A stretch of DNA of 21,400 nt from Chlamydiia bacterium (GTDB taxonomy: Bacteria; Chlamydiota; Chlamydiia; Chlamydiales; 2-12-FULL-49-11). Location of the stretch: the NCBI GenBank assembly GCA_044359535.1, contig JBIKLZ010000016.1:1-21400 (forward strand), in the 5' to 3' direction. The notes beneath the pieces are model-generated. The model saw only the letters and a program-made list of their open reading frames with translations. It was not told the origin of the DNA and did not search any database. The position numbers were made by a program, and so were the translations under genes. Within the stretch, counting starts at the first letter, position 1; each line of letters starts with the position of its first letter. This document shows, one piece after another, positions 8,172 through 17,192 of the stretch.

Positions 8172-10484
8172 ATGCACAAACGTTCGTTGTGGTATTTAAC
8201 TTTACTGTTAACTACATTTCTTCTCATTAACACATTTTTCATAGACTCAACTCCAAAAAAAATGGAAGAAAAAAAATCAGTAGCACAAATCACCCTCTCC
8301 GATCTTCCTATTACCCCTTTAAAAAACACCCTCGGTCATAGTTTATGCTCTACTGTTTCAATAGGCCAAGGGTATGTAACCCTATCCAGAGATAATTACC
8401 CTAAAACCCTCCTTAGAGATAATGAAGCTGTCCATTTAGTAAAGAAAAATTCAGAAGGGATTTTAATTTACTCTGATAAGGAGACTCCAATTATTGAAAG
8501 CTACGCCCCTTTAAAAAAAGGGGATGAATTTTTTATCCTATCAAATCTTTGCTCTGATACACCTAAAATATCAGCAGCTGTGTACAAAGAATCTATTGAA
8601 TTTTTAGGTGATCCCCCGGCTCAAGATGGAATTGCCCTTATTGAAACAGTCGATGGCTTAGCTTTAGCTGGATTTTGGAGCCATCAAACTTCATCTGTGA
8701 CAAATGTCGATGCGCTTAATGACTTAAAGGAGCTAGTCTCTGAAAAAGGGATTGCCCATATAAATGAAAGTGAAAAGTATTATCTTTTAGAAAATGAATT
8801 GATGCAAGTTGTCTTCTCAGATAAAGGGGGAGCAATTTCAGAAATCAATTTGAAACTTCACTCATCTACAAATCCATCTTCTATCATATACCCTGTTTCA
8901 ATCGATAGAAAGATGAAAAAGCAATCTCCTCAAAACAACCTATTTCCCCTTCACAAAAGCTATACTGTCGATGCTTTAGGAAATGTGCTCTATAAAGAGG
9001 GTACAGAGGCAAATTACACCCCACTTCTTCGCAGGGATATTGTTAATGAAAAAGGGAACACCGTTTTTAAAGTTCCAGCAAATCATTATGCTCTTGCCTT
9101 AACTCAATCCACAAGAAATGTAATTCCCACCTACACAGTTACAAAATTCACAAAGAATTCGATCCAATTTAAAGGAAAAATCGAAGGAAAAGAGGTTGTA
9201 AGAACCTATCAATTCGTCGATAATGCCCCCTATACCCTTGAGATGAAAAACTCTGTAAATGGTTTTGTCCCTTCATTAATGATCTCTTCAGGAATTTTAG
9301 AGGTGGAAATTGATTCAGGAAGCTATACCCCTTCTCTTCTTTACTATAATTTTAATGGAAAGAAGATGACTCTTGATAGTTTTACCCTTCCTAAGCAAAC
9401 CCTTTCTGTGGATAATATATCCCCTAATTGGACTGCAAATATCAATGGATTTTTTTCAACTATTTTGCATCCAACAGGAAATCATCCAAAAGGGATTACA
9501 ACTGTTAAAATCGAAGGGGCGGATGCTTTATCAAGAGCCACACTTGTCGATGTTAATTTAAGTCTACATCCAAAAGAAAAATTTCCAGGATATGAAATTT
9601 TAACCCCCTACGAAAGTTCTTTAGTCCCCTCTTCATACTATTTTTATGCCGGACCCTTAGATAAAGGAACCTTAATAAAAACCGATGCTGCTTTAACAAA
9701 TGACATCACTGGGTCAAATCCTGAATTTGTAAAGGCCCTTACAATACGGGGATGGTTAACCTTTATCTCTGATCCTTTTGCTAAGTTTATGAATATTCTT
9801 TTAGACTTTTTCTTTTTGATCACTCACTCTTGGGGAATTTCAATTATCTTACTCACAATCACACTTCGATTACTTCTTTATCCGTTCAATGCAAAAGCAT
9901 TCAAGTCGATGATTAAGATGAGAAATATTGCTCCAAAACAAAAGGAAATTGAAGCGCGATTTAAAAATGACCCACAAAGGCTTCGAATGGAGCTTTCGAT
10001 GTTGTTTAGAAATGAAGGGGTAAATCCACTAGCAAGTATTTTACCTATGTTTTTACAAATTCCATTCTTTATCGGGATGTTTGATCTTTTAAAAACAAAG
10101 TTTGCTTTAAGAGGAGCCATCTTTATTCCCGGATGGATTGATAATTTGACAGCTCCTGACTCTCTTTTTTCTTGGGGAGTAAATATTCCCTTCTTAGGAA
10201 ATGAGTTTCATCTTCTACCAATATTAGGCGCCCTTGCTATGCATTTTTCACAAAAACTGACCACAAGTATGCAGCCACAGAAAAAAAACCCTACAGACAT
10301 GGAAAAGCAGATGCAGTCAATGGGTCCAATAATGACTGTTGTCTTTTTATTTGTATTCTATAACTTAGCTTCAGGTCTAAATATTTACCTTATTTTATCC
10401 TCTCTTTTAGGAGCATTACAACAATGGGTTGTGAATAAAAAATATGGTGAGAAAAAAACAGGTATTTCAGTTATAAAGGGATGA
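8172..10484 (+). CDS. yidC: Membrane protein insertase YidC (long chlamydial form)
   Basis: N-terminal TM and large periplasmic region; YAGP, SWGISIILLTITLRLLLYP, LQIPFFIGMF, WIDNLTAPD and SGLNIY. Confidence 0.96.
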   Translation: MHKRSLWYLTLLLTTFLLINTFFIDSTPKKMEEKKSVAQITLSDLPITPLKNTLGHSLCSTVSIGQGYVTLSRDNYPKTLLRDNEAVHLVKKNSEGILIYSDKETPIIESYAPLKKGDEFFILSNLCSDTPKISAAVYKESIEFLGDPPAQDGIALIETVDGLALAGFWSHQTSSVTNVDALNDLKELVSEKGIAHINESEKYYLLENELMQVVFSDKGGAISEINLKLHSSTNPSSIIYPVSIDRKMKKQSPQNNLFPLHKSYTVDALGNVLYKEGTEANYTPLLRRDIVNEKGNTVFKVPANHYALALTQSTRNVIPTYTVTKFTKNSIQFKGKIEGKEVVRTYQFVDNAPYTLEMKNSVNGFVPSLMISSGILEVEIDSGSYTPSLLYYNFNGKKMTLDSFTLPKQTLSVDNISPNWTANINGFFSTILHPTGNHPKGITTVKIEGADALSRATLVDVNLSLHPKEKFPGYEILTPYESSLVPSSYYFYAGPLDKGTLIKTDAALTNDITGSNPEFVKALTIRGWLTFISDPFAKFMNILLDFFFLITHSWGISIILLTITLRLLLYPFNAKAFKSMIKMRNIAPKQKEIEARFKNDPQRLRMELSMLFRNEGVNPLASILPMFLQIPFFIGMFDLLKTKFALRGAIFIPGWIDNLTAPDSLFSWGVNIPFLGNEFHLLPILGALAMHFSQKLTTSMQPQKKNPTDMEKQMQSMGPIMTVVFLFVFYNLASGLNIYLILSSLLGALQQWVVNKKYGEKKTGISVIKG

Positions 10485-10533
10485 GGAACTAAAAGGGAAC
10501 TAATAAACATAGGTATGTTTTAAACTCAAGAGG

Positions 10534-11901
10534 GTGGAAATTAAGGTGGAAGCATGGGATCTATTCATTGACTTCTTGGAAACAAAGTACGGCAAGCCAA
10601 CAACGGATAAATGGGCTAGAAATTTAGAAGTGGTTCGATTCGATGCTTGTAATATTTTTATTAAATCCAATAATTTTTTTCAAACCCAGTGGATCAACGA
10701 ATATATTTTACCTCTTGCAAAAGAACATTTTTTAGATACCAATGGAAAGTGCATTAAAATCCATGTTGAAGCCGATGATAAGCGGATTAAACCTAAAGAA
10801 TTACCCAAAGAAATTCTTATTAACTTCACTTCCGATATCACTTATTCAACAGCAACTTTAGATTCTTACTTCCCCTCCGAAGAAAATGCCTTTTCATATA
10901 AAGTCATTGGAAAAATTTTCGGATATGATACTGAAAAAAAATTGATGACAACCCTTTCCCAGGATCCACCAAACCCAATATATATCTACGGTCCCAAAGG
11001 GTCAGGAAAAACCCATCTATTAATGGCAATTAAAGCTATTTTAGAAACACACGGCCTAAACGTTTTTTATGTGAATGCAGATACCTTTACAGACCACGTG
11101 GTTCACGCTATCCGTTTTGGAAAAATGGATACTTTTAGAAAAACCTATAGAAGTATTGATGCCTTAATTATTGATGACATTGAAATTTTGAGTCGGAAAA
11201 ATGCCACTCAAGAGGAGTTTTTCCACACATTCAATACACTTCAAACAACAGGAAGGATCATTATCCTAAGCTCAATGTTTAGCCCAAGAAAACTTGAATG
11301 TATTGAAGAGCGGCTGATCAGCCGGTTCGAATGGGGAATTTTATTAACTGTTTCCCCCACAACCGATAGATCCATTCGGGAGAAACTTTTAGAAGAACGC
11401 CTTAAATTCTTTGACCTTATTATTGACAAAGAAACAAAGGACTACTTACTTGAAAAGTTTACCTCTTGTGATTTTCTAGCCCTTGCTATAGAAACTCTAT
11501 CCAAAGCCTCTATTTCAGACTCAATAGCAAGCAGTGGGGCAATGCCTATTTTAGAAAAATTGATACGAAAGAAAACTCTAGATGGCCTTAATGCAGAAAA
11601 AATCTTAGAAGAAATTGCTAAAATTTTTGGAATACGAGTGATTGACATGCAAAGTAAAGGACAAACTAGGGACTGTGTCCTTCCAAGACAATTTGCCATG
11701 TTTTTTCTTCGACATGAACTAAAAATGCCTTTTATGAAAATCGGTTTCATGTTTAAAAAGGACCACTCTACAGTAATGACCAGTATAAAGCATATAGAAA
11801 CAAATGTTTCAAAAAATCATGAAGAGACGATGTACTATATAAATGCTATTTCTACAGCTCTTATAAAAGCTCGAAGTGGCTTACAGACTTCCTCTGTATA
11901 A
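10534..11901 (+). CDS. dnaA: Chromosomal replication initiator DnaA (chlamydial yidC-linked paralogue, CT250-like); start may be GTG 10546
   Basis: Walker A GPKGSGKTHL, Walker B LIIDD, TQEEFFHTFN, RLISRFEWG, and domain IV RQFAM...DHSTV. The N-terminal AW...DKW...FDACN pattern is as I recall from chlamydial DnaA1. Confidence 0.96.
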   Translation: MEIKVEAWDLFIDFLETKYGKPTTDKWARNLEVVRFDACNIFIKSNNFFQTQWINEYILPLAKEHFLDTNGKCIKIHVEADDKRIKPKELPKEILINFTSDITYSTATLDSYFPSEENAFSYKVIGKIFGYDTEKKLMTTLSQDPPNPIYIYGPKGSGKTHLLMAIKAILETHGLNVFYVNADTFTDHVVHAIRFGKMDTFRKTYRSIDALIIDDIEILSRKNATQEEFFHTFNTLQTTGRIIILSSMFSPRKLECIEERLISRFEWGILLTVSPTTDRSIREKLLEERLKFFDLIIDKETKDYLLEKFTSCDFLALAIETLSKASISDSIASSGAMPILEKLIRKKTLDGLNAEKILEEIAKIFGIRVIDMQSKGQTRDCVLPRQFAMFFLRHELKMPFMKIGFMFKKDHSTVMTSIKHIETNVSKNHEETMYYINAISTALIKARSGLQTSSV

Positions 11902-11934
11902 AAAAAAGAACATCTTTTAAAGATGTTCTTTTTT
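11902..11934. terminator. Bidirectional intrinsic terminator between dnaA and slc1
   Basis: Near-perfect palindrome AAAAAAGAACATCTTT-T-AAAGATGTTCTTTTTT with A/T tails on both sides, between convergent genes. Confidence 0.85.
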
Positions 11935-11955
11935 CTCTCTCATTTAAAAGAGGTG

Positions 11956-12543
11956 TTAGATCTTAATGTAAGAATCGCCAGGTTTTCCACCACTAGAAGA
12001 TGGACCTTGTTTTGGAGAAGGCCCTTTAGAACCTAAACCACTTGGACCCATTCCACCCGGACCCATTCCAGGGCGTGCTCCAGGAGCTGTTGGAAGTTTA
12101 GGGGCATCGCGCTCTTTATCATAGGTTCCTGCATAAATTTTTGCAGCCACAGATCTCCATGTTTCTACCGCTTCAACAAACGCTGGTGCAAATTTTTTCA
12201 AAGCATCAACAGCAGCATGAGCCATTTCGATAACTGCATGCATTAAGATCAACTCCTCTTTTGTTGCCACTCCAACTCCACCACCGGCCATTAAACCCCC
12301 TAGCATAGAGCCTTCAAGAAGTGTTTCATAAAGCATTAACTTTGATTTCATATCTCCTGGAAGACCATCAAGAATAGGAGAGTATAAATAGAGTCTATCA
12401 GAATGAGGCTCGTATGTTAAATGCAATGAAAAGGTGTTATCAATCCCCAAAATACAGGTTAGATTTTCATCAAATGATAAACCCTCTAAATTTAACTCTT
12501 TACCGAATTCTATCAAATTTTGTTCGGCATTTTCTAATGACAT
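11956..12543 (-). CDS. slc1: CesT-family type III secretion chaperone, Slc1 (CT043) orthologue
   Basis: FSLHLTYEPHSDRLYLY and LLEGSMLGGLMAGGGVGVATKEELILMH match Slc1 as I recall it; strong SD AAGGAGG at 12548-12554. Confidence 0.92.
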   Translation of the reverse strand: MSLENAEQNLIEFGKELNLEGLSFDENLTCILGIDNTFSLHLTYEPHSDRLYLYSPILDGLPGDMKSKLMLYETLLEGSMLGGLMAGGGVGVATKEELILMHAVIEMAHAAVDALKKFAPAFVEAVETWRSVAAKIYAGTYDKERDAPKLPTAPGARPGMGPGGMGPSGLGSKGPSPKQGPSSSGGKPGDSYIKI

Positions 12544-12568
12544 TTATCCTCCTTGCGAGATTCTTCTC

Positions 12569-12596
12569 AATATATTATTCTATTTCATTTTTTCAA
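12569..12596 (-). promoter_or_regulatory. Putative promoter for slc1
   Basis: Minus strand reads TTGAAA-16 nt-TATATT just upstream of the SD. Confidence 0.4.
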
Positions 12597-12820
12597 CGAA
12601 CTTTTGACACAATATATCACTTCTCTTGATTTTTTCCTACCCTTTTTTGTTTTTCCCTCTTTTTCTATCTTACTTTTAAAAATGGATAAAAATGAATTAC
12701 CCAATAGTATCTATCTTTATTCCGCTTAATTTATAATTAATGACAAGGTAAAAAATATTATTTTTTAAAACACCTCAGCCTTATTGGATTACACTTAGTC
12801 TAGATCGATTTTTCTAAAGA

Positions 12821-12850
12821 TTGACTTTCTTACTATTTCTATGTTACGAT
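12821..12850 (+). promoter_or_regulatory. Putative promoter with extended -10 for the lipoprotein-CPBP-PP2C unit
   Basis: TTGACT-18 nt-TACGAT, preceded by TGn. Confidence 0.45.
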
Positions 12851-12859
12851 CAAACATTT

Positions 12860-13522
12860 ATGAAATCACTACACGTTCTCACTTTTTTACTTTTTTTAAG
12901 TTGTTCAAAGTATGAATCCCTTTCTGATCAAGTTTACTACCATAGCAATGGTCAAGCTAAACCCAAAGTTGCAGTTATAAAGGTCATAGACACAAGTCAA
13001 AGTGATGTTGAATGGGATTTATCTTCTGAGTTTACAGAGTTTTTAATAGAAAAGCTCCTTTCAAGGGGTCGATTCTTCTTAACTGATGACTTTCAAATGA
13101 TTACAAGCTCACAATTGAAAAAATTAGAGTTATCGCCGTTTTCTGAAGATATGAGGTGGCTTTTAGAGATGAATAGCAGCTCCGATTTTGTCATTTTTAC
13201 TGAAATATTAAACCATAGAATAGAAGCAGAGACCTATGGATCCTATAATCCGTTAAACGCTTTAAAAAGGTTATATCTATCTGTACGTATCTGTGTGTTA
13301 GATATTCGGAAAAAGGAACCAAAAGTTGTCCTACAAGAAATACTGACAAAGGAATTTATTATTCCTTTTAATTTTGGCTCATACAAGGAAGAGGATTCTA
13401 CTTTAAACAGACATACCTTTAGCTTTTCCCCCCTTGGACTTGCCCATAAAACTATGGTTGCAGAAATTTCTAAGGAAATGGAGGATTATATTTTAATAGC
13501 ACAATCCAATATCTATGATTAA
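12860..13522 (+). CDS. Chlamydial CT253-like lipoprotein
   Basis: ATG 12860 gives MKSLHVLTFLLFLSC (signal peptide plus lipobox-like Cys). KPKVAV...WDLSSEFT and SPLGLAH...EDYI motifs; lies upstream of a CT254-like gene. Confidence 0.75.
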   Translation: MKSLHVLTFLLFLSCSKYESLSDQVYYHSNGQAKPKVAVIKVIDTSQSDVEWDLSSEFTEFLIEKLLSRGRFFLTDDFQMITSSQLKKLELSPFSEDMRWLLEMNSSSDFVIFTEILNHRIEAETYGSYNPLNALKRLYLSVRICVLDIRKKEPKVVLQEILTKEFIIPFNFGSYKEEDSTLNRHTFSFSPLGLAHKTMVAEISKEMEDYILIAQSNIYD

Positions 13523-14384
13523 AGAACCTCTAAATGAAAGCATCGAAAATCTACTTGTGGGTTCAGCATTTTTCTTTCTTATTTTTTTTGTGACGACAAT
13601 TTTTGCGCAAACTAGAGGTTTTTTTTCTCTTCCATTTAAACGTTACTCAGGAGTTTTTCCCTCAACAACTGATCTATTCTTTATTTTTATCTTTTTTTCT
13701 CTTTCATTCTTCGGGTGTGGGTTTGTTTTGTACACCCTTTTTTCAAAAGGTGTCTTTATTTTGCCTTTAATTAGAGGGATAACCCCCCTCTTCCCATTTG
13801 TCTTATTTCTACTCTTAACCCTTTTATATAGATTTTTTCACCCGAAGTTTACTATTAAAGGGCTCATTAAAGATCCCCTTTTTCCAGGAAAAAAGCCAAT
13901 TAATAAGGATATTTTAAATGGCTTTATAACTCTTATTCTCTCTTTTCCCCCTCTTTATGCATTGTTTTATCTTTTTGATGCATGGTTTAGATGGATGAAT
14001 TATACAGCCCCTATGGGGCAAAACGCTGTTAATTTTCTTATTCAAGCAAAGCAAAATCCCCTTACGTTGTCAGTAGCTATTGTCTCTATTGTAATAGGGG
14101 CACCCCTTGTTGAAGAGTTTATATTTCGTGGCGTTTTTCAATCCTTTTTTAGAAAGAAAAAAGGGGCTGTGGCTTCAATTTTTATTACCTCCTTGTTTTT
14201 TAGTTTTTTTCATTTTTCAGTAGTTCAAGGAATAGAAAATCTATCTATTCTCGCTAACCTATTTCTTTTAAGTCTATACTTAGGTTTTGTCTATGAAAAA
14301 ACACGCTCTTTATATGCACCGATCACTTTACACGTGACATTCAATCTAATCAATGTTATAAAAATATTACTTTACGGATATTAA
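13515..14384 (+). CDS. CPBP (CAAX/Abi) family intramembrane glutamic endopeptidase, CT254-like
   Basis: EEFIFRG, FSFFH and LHVTFN motifs; multiple TM segments. Confidence 0.92.
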   Translation: MIKEPLNESIENLLVGSAFFFLIFFVTTIFAQTRGFFSLPFKRYSGVFPSTTDLFFIFIFFSLSFFGCGFVLYTLFSKGVFILPLIRGITPLFPFVLFLLLTLLYRFFHPKFTIKGLIKDPLFPGKKPINKDILNGFITLILSFPPLYALFYLFDAWFRWMNYTAPMGQNAVNFLIQAKQNPLTLSVAIVSIVIGAPLVEEFIFRGVFQSFFRKKKGAVASIFITSLFFSFFHFSVVQGIENLSILANLFLLSLYLGFVYEKTRSLYAPITLHVTFNLINVIKILLYGY

Positions 14385-14400
14385 TCAAAAAGGGTTTTTT

Positions 14401-15144
14401 TTGCATTCGCATTTCGATTTTGAAACATTTGCAACCTCTGATGTAGGGCTTGTTAGAAAGAACAATGAGGATGTTGTGATGATCCTTAAGAACCAACAAT
14501 TTTTTGTTTTAGCCGATGGGATGGGGGGGCATAATGCAGGGGAAATTGCCGCAAAGAAAGCTTGCGAGTACATCTGTCATTTGATAGAGGGTTTACCCTT
14601 TGAAAATTTCACTTTAAAAGATGTATCGATCCTTGGTGAACAACTTTTAAATTTTATGCATAAAACCAACTTATGGGTGCACCACTTAAGTCATAAAACC
14701 CCTGAATTATCTGGAATGGGGACAACGTTATGCTCCCTTCTTTTTTTTAAAGATACAATGCTTTCTTCTCATGTTGGGGATAGTAGAATTTACCGATTAA
14801 GGGATGGAAGGTTAAAAAAGATGACTTCAGACCATATTACAGGGAGTAAGTATCGAGAGCCGATAAGTATTAAAGAAAGAAAAGCAAAGCAATCTCTTTC
14901 ACAAGCAATTGGAACAAGTGTGGAAATCAACCCCTCTTTTTTAAAAGCTGAAGCAAAGGGGGGGGATCTTTTTTTAATGTGTAGTGATGGGTTATCTGAT
15001 TTAGTAAAAGATGACGAACTAGAAAGGATTCTTCAAAATCAGAATTCTTTAGAAGGCGTGGGAAGATTTTTAATTGAATTGGCCAAAAGTCGCGGGGGTC
15101 ATGATAACATCACCCTTTTACTCACAAAACTTTTGAGTAAATAA
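14401..15144 (+). CDS. PP2C-family Ser/Thr protein phosphatase (CppA/CT259-like)
   Basis: DVGLVRKNNED, LADGMGGH, GMGTT, HVGDSR, CSDGL and GGHDNIT; TTG start. Confidence 0.95.
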   Translation: MHSHFDFETFATSDVGLVRKNNEDVVMILKNQQFFVLADGMGGHNAGEIAAKKACEYICHLIEGLPFENFTLKDVSILGEQLLNFMHKTNLWVHHLSHKTPELSGMGTTLCSLLFFKDTMLSSHVGDSRIYRLRDGRLKKMTSDHITGSKYREPISIKERKAKQSLSQAIGTSVEINPSFLKAEAKGGDLFLMCSDGLSDLVKDDELERILQNQNSLEGVGRFLIELAKSRGGHDNITLLLTKLLSK

Positions 15145-15260
15145 AAGACGATTCCAATTGAAAGTGTGAGATTAAAAGTCCTCAAAAAAATTTACTACTT
15201 TATTTGTTTCCTTTTATTCTTAATTTGAATAAAATTTAATTTTAAATTTTTAGGAAGCCT

Positions 15261-16055
15261 ATGAAAGTCATTTCAATCTTATTTTTTGCATGTACATCTC
15301 TTTTTGGTCACACACATTATTTGAAAAAAAAAGTTTTAAATCAGTCTATCATCAATGAAATACCTAAAGTGATTCATCAAATTTGGGTTGGTAGCAAACC
15401 CATCCCTGAAGCGTACAAAGTTTATGCGCTTACCGCCCAAAGGTTACACCCTGATTGGGATTACAAACTATGGACTGACGCTGATGTTGAACATTTTTCA
15501 TGGATCAATAAGGACCTTTTTGATAAAGCCGAAAACCCAGGAATGAAATCCGATATTTGGCGTTATGAAATCTTGTATCAATTTGGTGGAATCTATTTAG
15601 ATGGGGATGTTGAGTGCATTAGACCCTTCGACCCCATTCAAGAAAGACTGCAATTTTTTGCTGGTATTTGTGATAAAAATTCATATCTTGTAAATAATGG
15701 AGTTATTGGATCTATTCCAAGGAGTAAAATTCTTGAGGATGTTATCGTCAAACTAAAGAGCAATATTATGACACAATCCATCGACACTCATTCATCTGAA
15801 TTTACCAAAGTGCTAGACTCTACGGGGCCGAATTTTTTCACAAAGATCATTTTAGAAAATTCTGATTTCTTCAAAGATCCAAGAAATATTATTTTTCCCT
15901 ACCCCTATTTTCAACCCACAGATCATCACCATTTTGGAGTTCCTCAAAATGCAAAGGAAGTTTATAATCTCAAAAATATCTGCATTGCAAATCATCGTAA
16001 CGGATGTTCTTGGATCAGTGATGAAGATTTACTTTTATTAGGGATAAAAAAATAG
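15261..16055 (+). CDS. GT32 (DXD sugar-binding) glycosyltransferase with signal peptide
   Basis: IPKVIHQIW, SDIWRYEILYQFGGIYLDGD, TGP and GCSW; hydrophobic N-terminus. Confidence 0.9.
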   Translation: MKVISILFFACTSLFGHTHYLKKKVLNQSIINEIPKVIHQIWVGSKPIPEAYKVYALTAQRLHPDWDYKLWTDADVEHFSWINKDLFDKAENPGMKSDIWRYEILYQFGGIYLDGDVECIRPFDPIQERLQFFAGICDKNSYLVNNGVIGSIPRSKILEDVIVKLKSNIMTQSIDTHSSEFTKVLDSTGPNFFTKIILENSDFFKDPRNIIFPYPYFQPTDHHHFGVPQNAKEVYNLKNICIANHRNGCSWISDEDLLLLGIKK

Positions 16056-16088
16056 ATCTTCAGATTCAGAAGTTTACAAATCTATGAA

Positions 16089-17027
16089 CTACTGTGTTGA
16101 TTTATATCTTCGTGCTTCGGATAAAATTAAGTCCTTCCAATAAGGAAAATAGAGTTTTGAGGTATTAAACTTCTTTGCTTTAAACTCTAAAAGTTTATTT
16201 TCTAAAAATTCCGGGGTAACTTCATCCCATTGCTTCACAATAATCACAGGAAGATCTTCATACATAAAATTATTTCCAAGAGCTTCTTTTAATGTAGGTT
16301 TAACTGTGGGTCTAACAATTGGAATACATCCCATATGCAGCGCCTCCCACGTTCTATGACAATCTATCCCATTTCCACTTGGGGAAATACAAAAATGATG
16401 TTTTTTTAAATCTTTCAAGTAGTCTTCATACCCTCTTCTTTCAGCATTTTCTACAAAGGGCATATCTTTGAAAAAGTCTAAAACCGCGCCCCTTTCATCT
16501 ACAAAATTGCCCACTGTAATATTTAAATAAATTTTTTCGCTTCTTATAAAGTCAAGACTTCCTATTTTTTCTATCAATTGATCATCAGATGTTCTTTTAA
16601 AGAACCAATACCTATTTTCTATTCCTATGGGAATAGGGACAAGTTTGTCATCTTCGATCGCACTATTTTGGGTATACCACTTAATGATTTTTGGATCTTT
16701 AATAAAATTTTTATATTTTTCATCTATTGGATCATCATGGTTGTGGGTAATTAGAATATAAGGGTTTTTGATTTTTGGATGAATTTTCCTTATAAAATTA
16801 TTGAGATTGCATATTTGAACAAATATAATATCCCCAGGTTTATTTTTGAAAATTCTTCGATCTAAAGGAGCTCCACTTCCAACCCCATACCAATCAGGCC
16901 CTTCATAGATATAATCGGCAATCGATCGAAAGGCATCTCCAGAAATGTAGTCGTATAATGGCTCCCTAATATTTCCATAAACCCCTGTCCATATGAGAAA
17001 AATTAAAACCATCCCCCTTTTTATCAT
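16089..17027 (-). CDS. Exostosin (GT47)-like glycosyltransferase with signal peptide
   Basis: FCISPSGNGIDCHRTWEALHMGCIPIV, PIPIG and THNHD; SD AGGAGG 7 nt upstream of the ATG. Confidence 0.75.
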   Translation of the reverse strand: MIKRGMVLIFLIWTGVYGNIREPLYDYISGDAFRSIADYIYEGPDWYGVGSGAPLDRRIFKNKPGDIIFVQICNLNNFIRKIHPKIKNPYILITHNHDDPIDEKYKNFIKDPKIIKWYTQNSAIEDDKLVPIPIGIENRYWFFKRTSDDQLIEKIGSLDFIRSEKIYLNITVGNFVDERGAVLDFFKDMPFVENAERRGYEDYLKDLKKHHFCISPSGNGIDCHRTWEALHMGCIPIVRPTVKPTLKEALGNNFMYEDLPVIIVKQWDEVTPEFLENKLLEFKAKKFNTSKLYFPYWKDLILSEARRYKSTQ

Positions 17028-17137
17028 TTGTCATCCTCCTCTTTTTTGATAGACTTCGACTTTTATTCCACATCAAAAATGTACACTGTTTACTATTTAA
17101 CTCATATAAAATATTTTTCCATATCCATCCTTTTACC

Positions 17138-17166
17138 TTGACACAAACTTATCCTTTTTCTAGCAT
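17138..17166 (+). promoter_or_regulatory. Putative sigma66/sigma70 promoter for the second GT32 gene
   Basis: TTGACA-17 nt-TAGCAT, then AGGA SD and ATG 17193. Confidence 0.6.
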
Positions 17167-17192
17167 TGTTCCTTGCTAAAATAGGACTATTC

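Noticed and set aside
12544-12859. Possible oriC in the AT-rich spacer near dnaA
   Set aside because: I see no TTATCCACA-type box cluster, the spacer is explained by divergent promoters, and the chlamydial origin is not generally dnaA-adjacent.
4824-14573. Short ORFs 4824..5039, 6800..6988, 7016..7234, 8117..8329, 9373..9561, 9878..10120, 11241..11429, 11442..11750, 12414..12629 and 14385..14573
   Set aside because: They are alternative-frame or antisense ORFs largely within conserved genes.
16052-16085. Imperfect inverted repeat between the convergent GT genes
   Set aside because: The stem is weak and bulged with no U-tract, so it is not supportable as a terminator.
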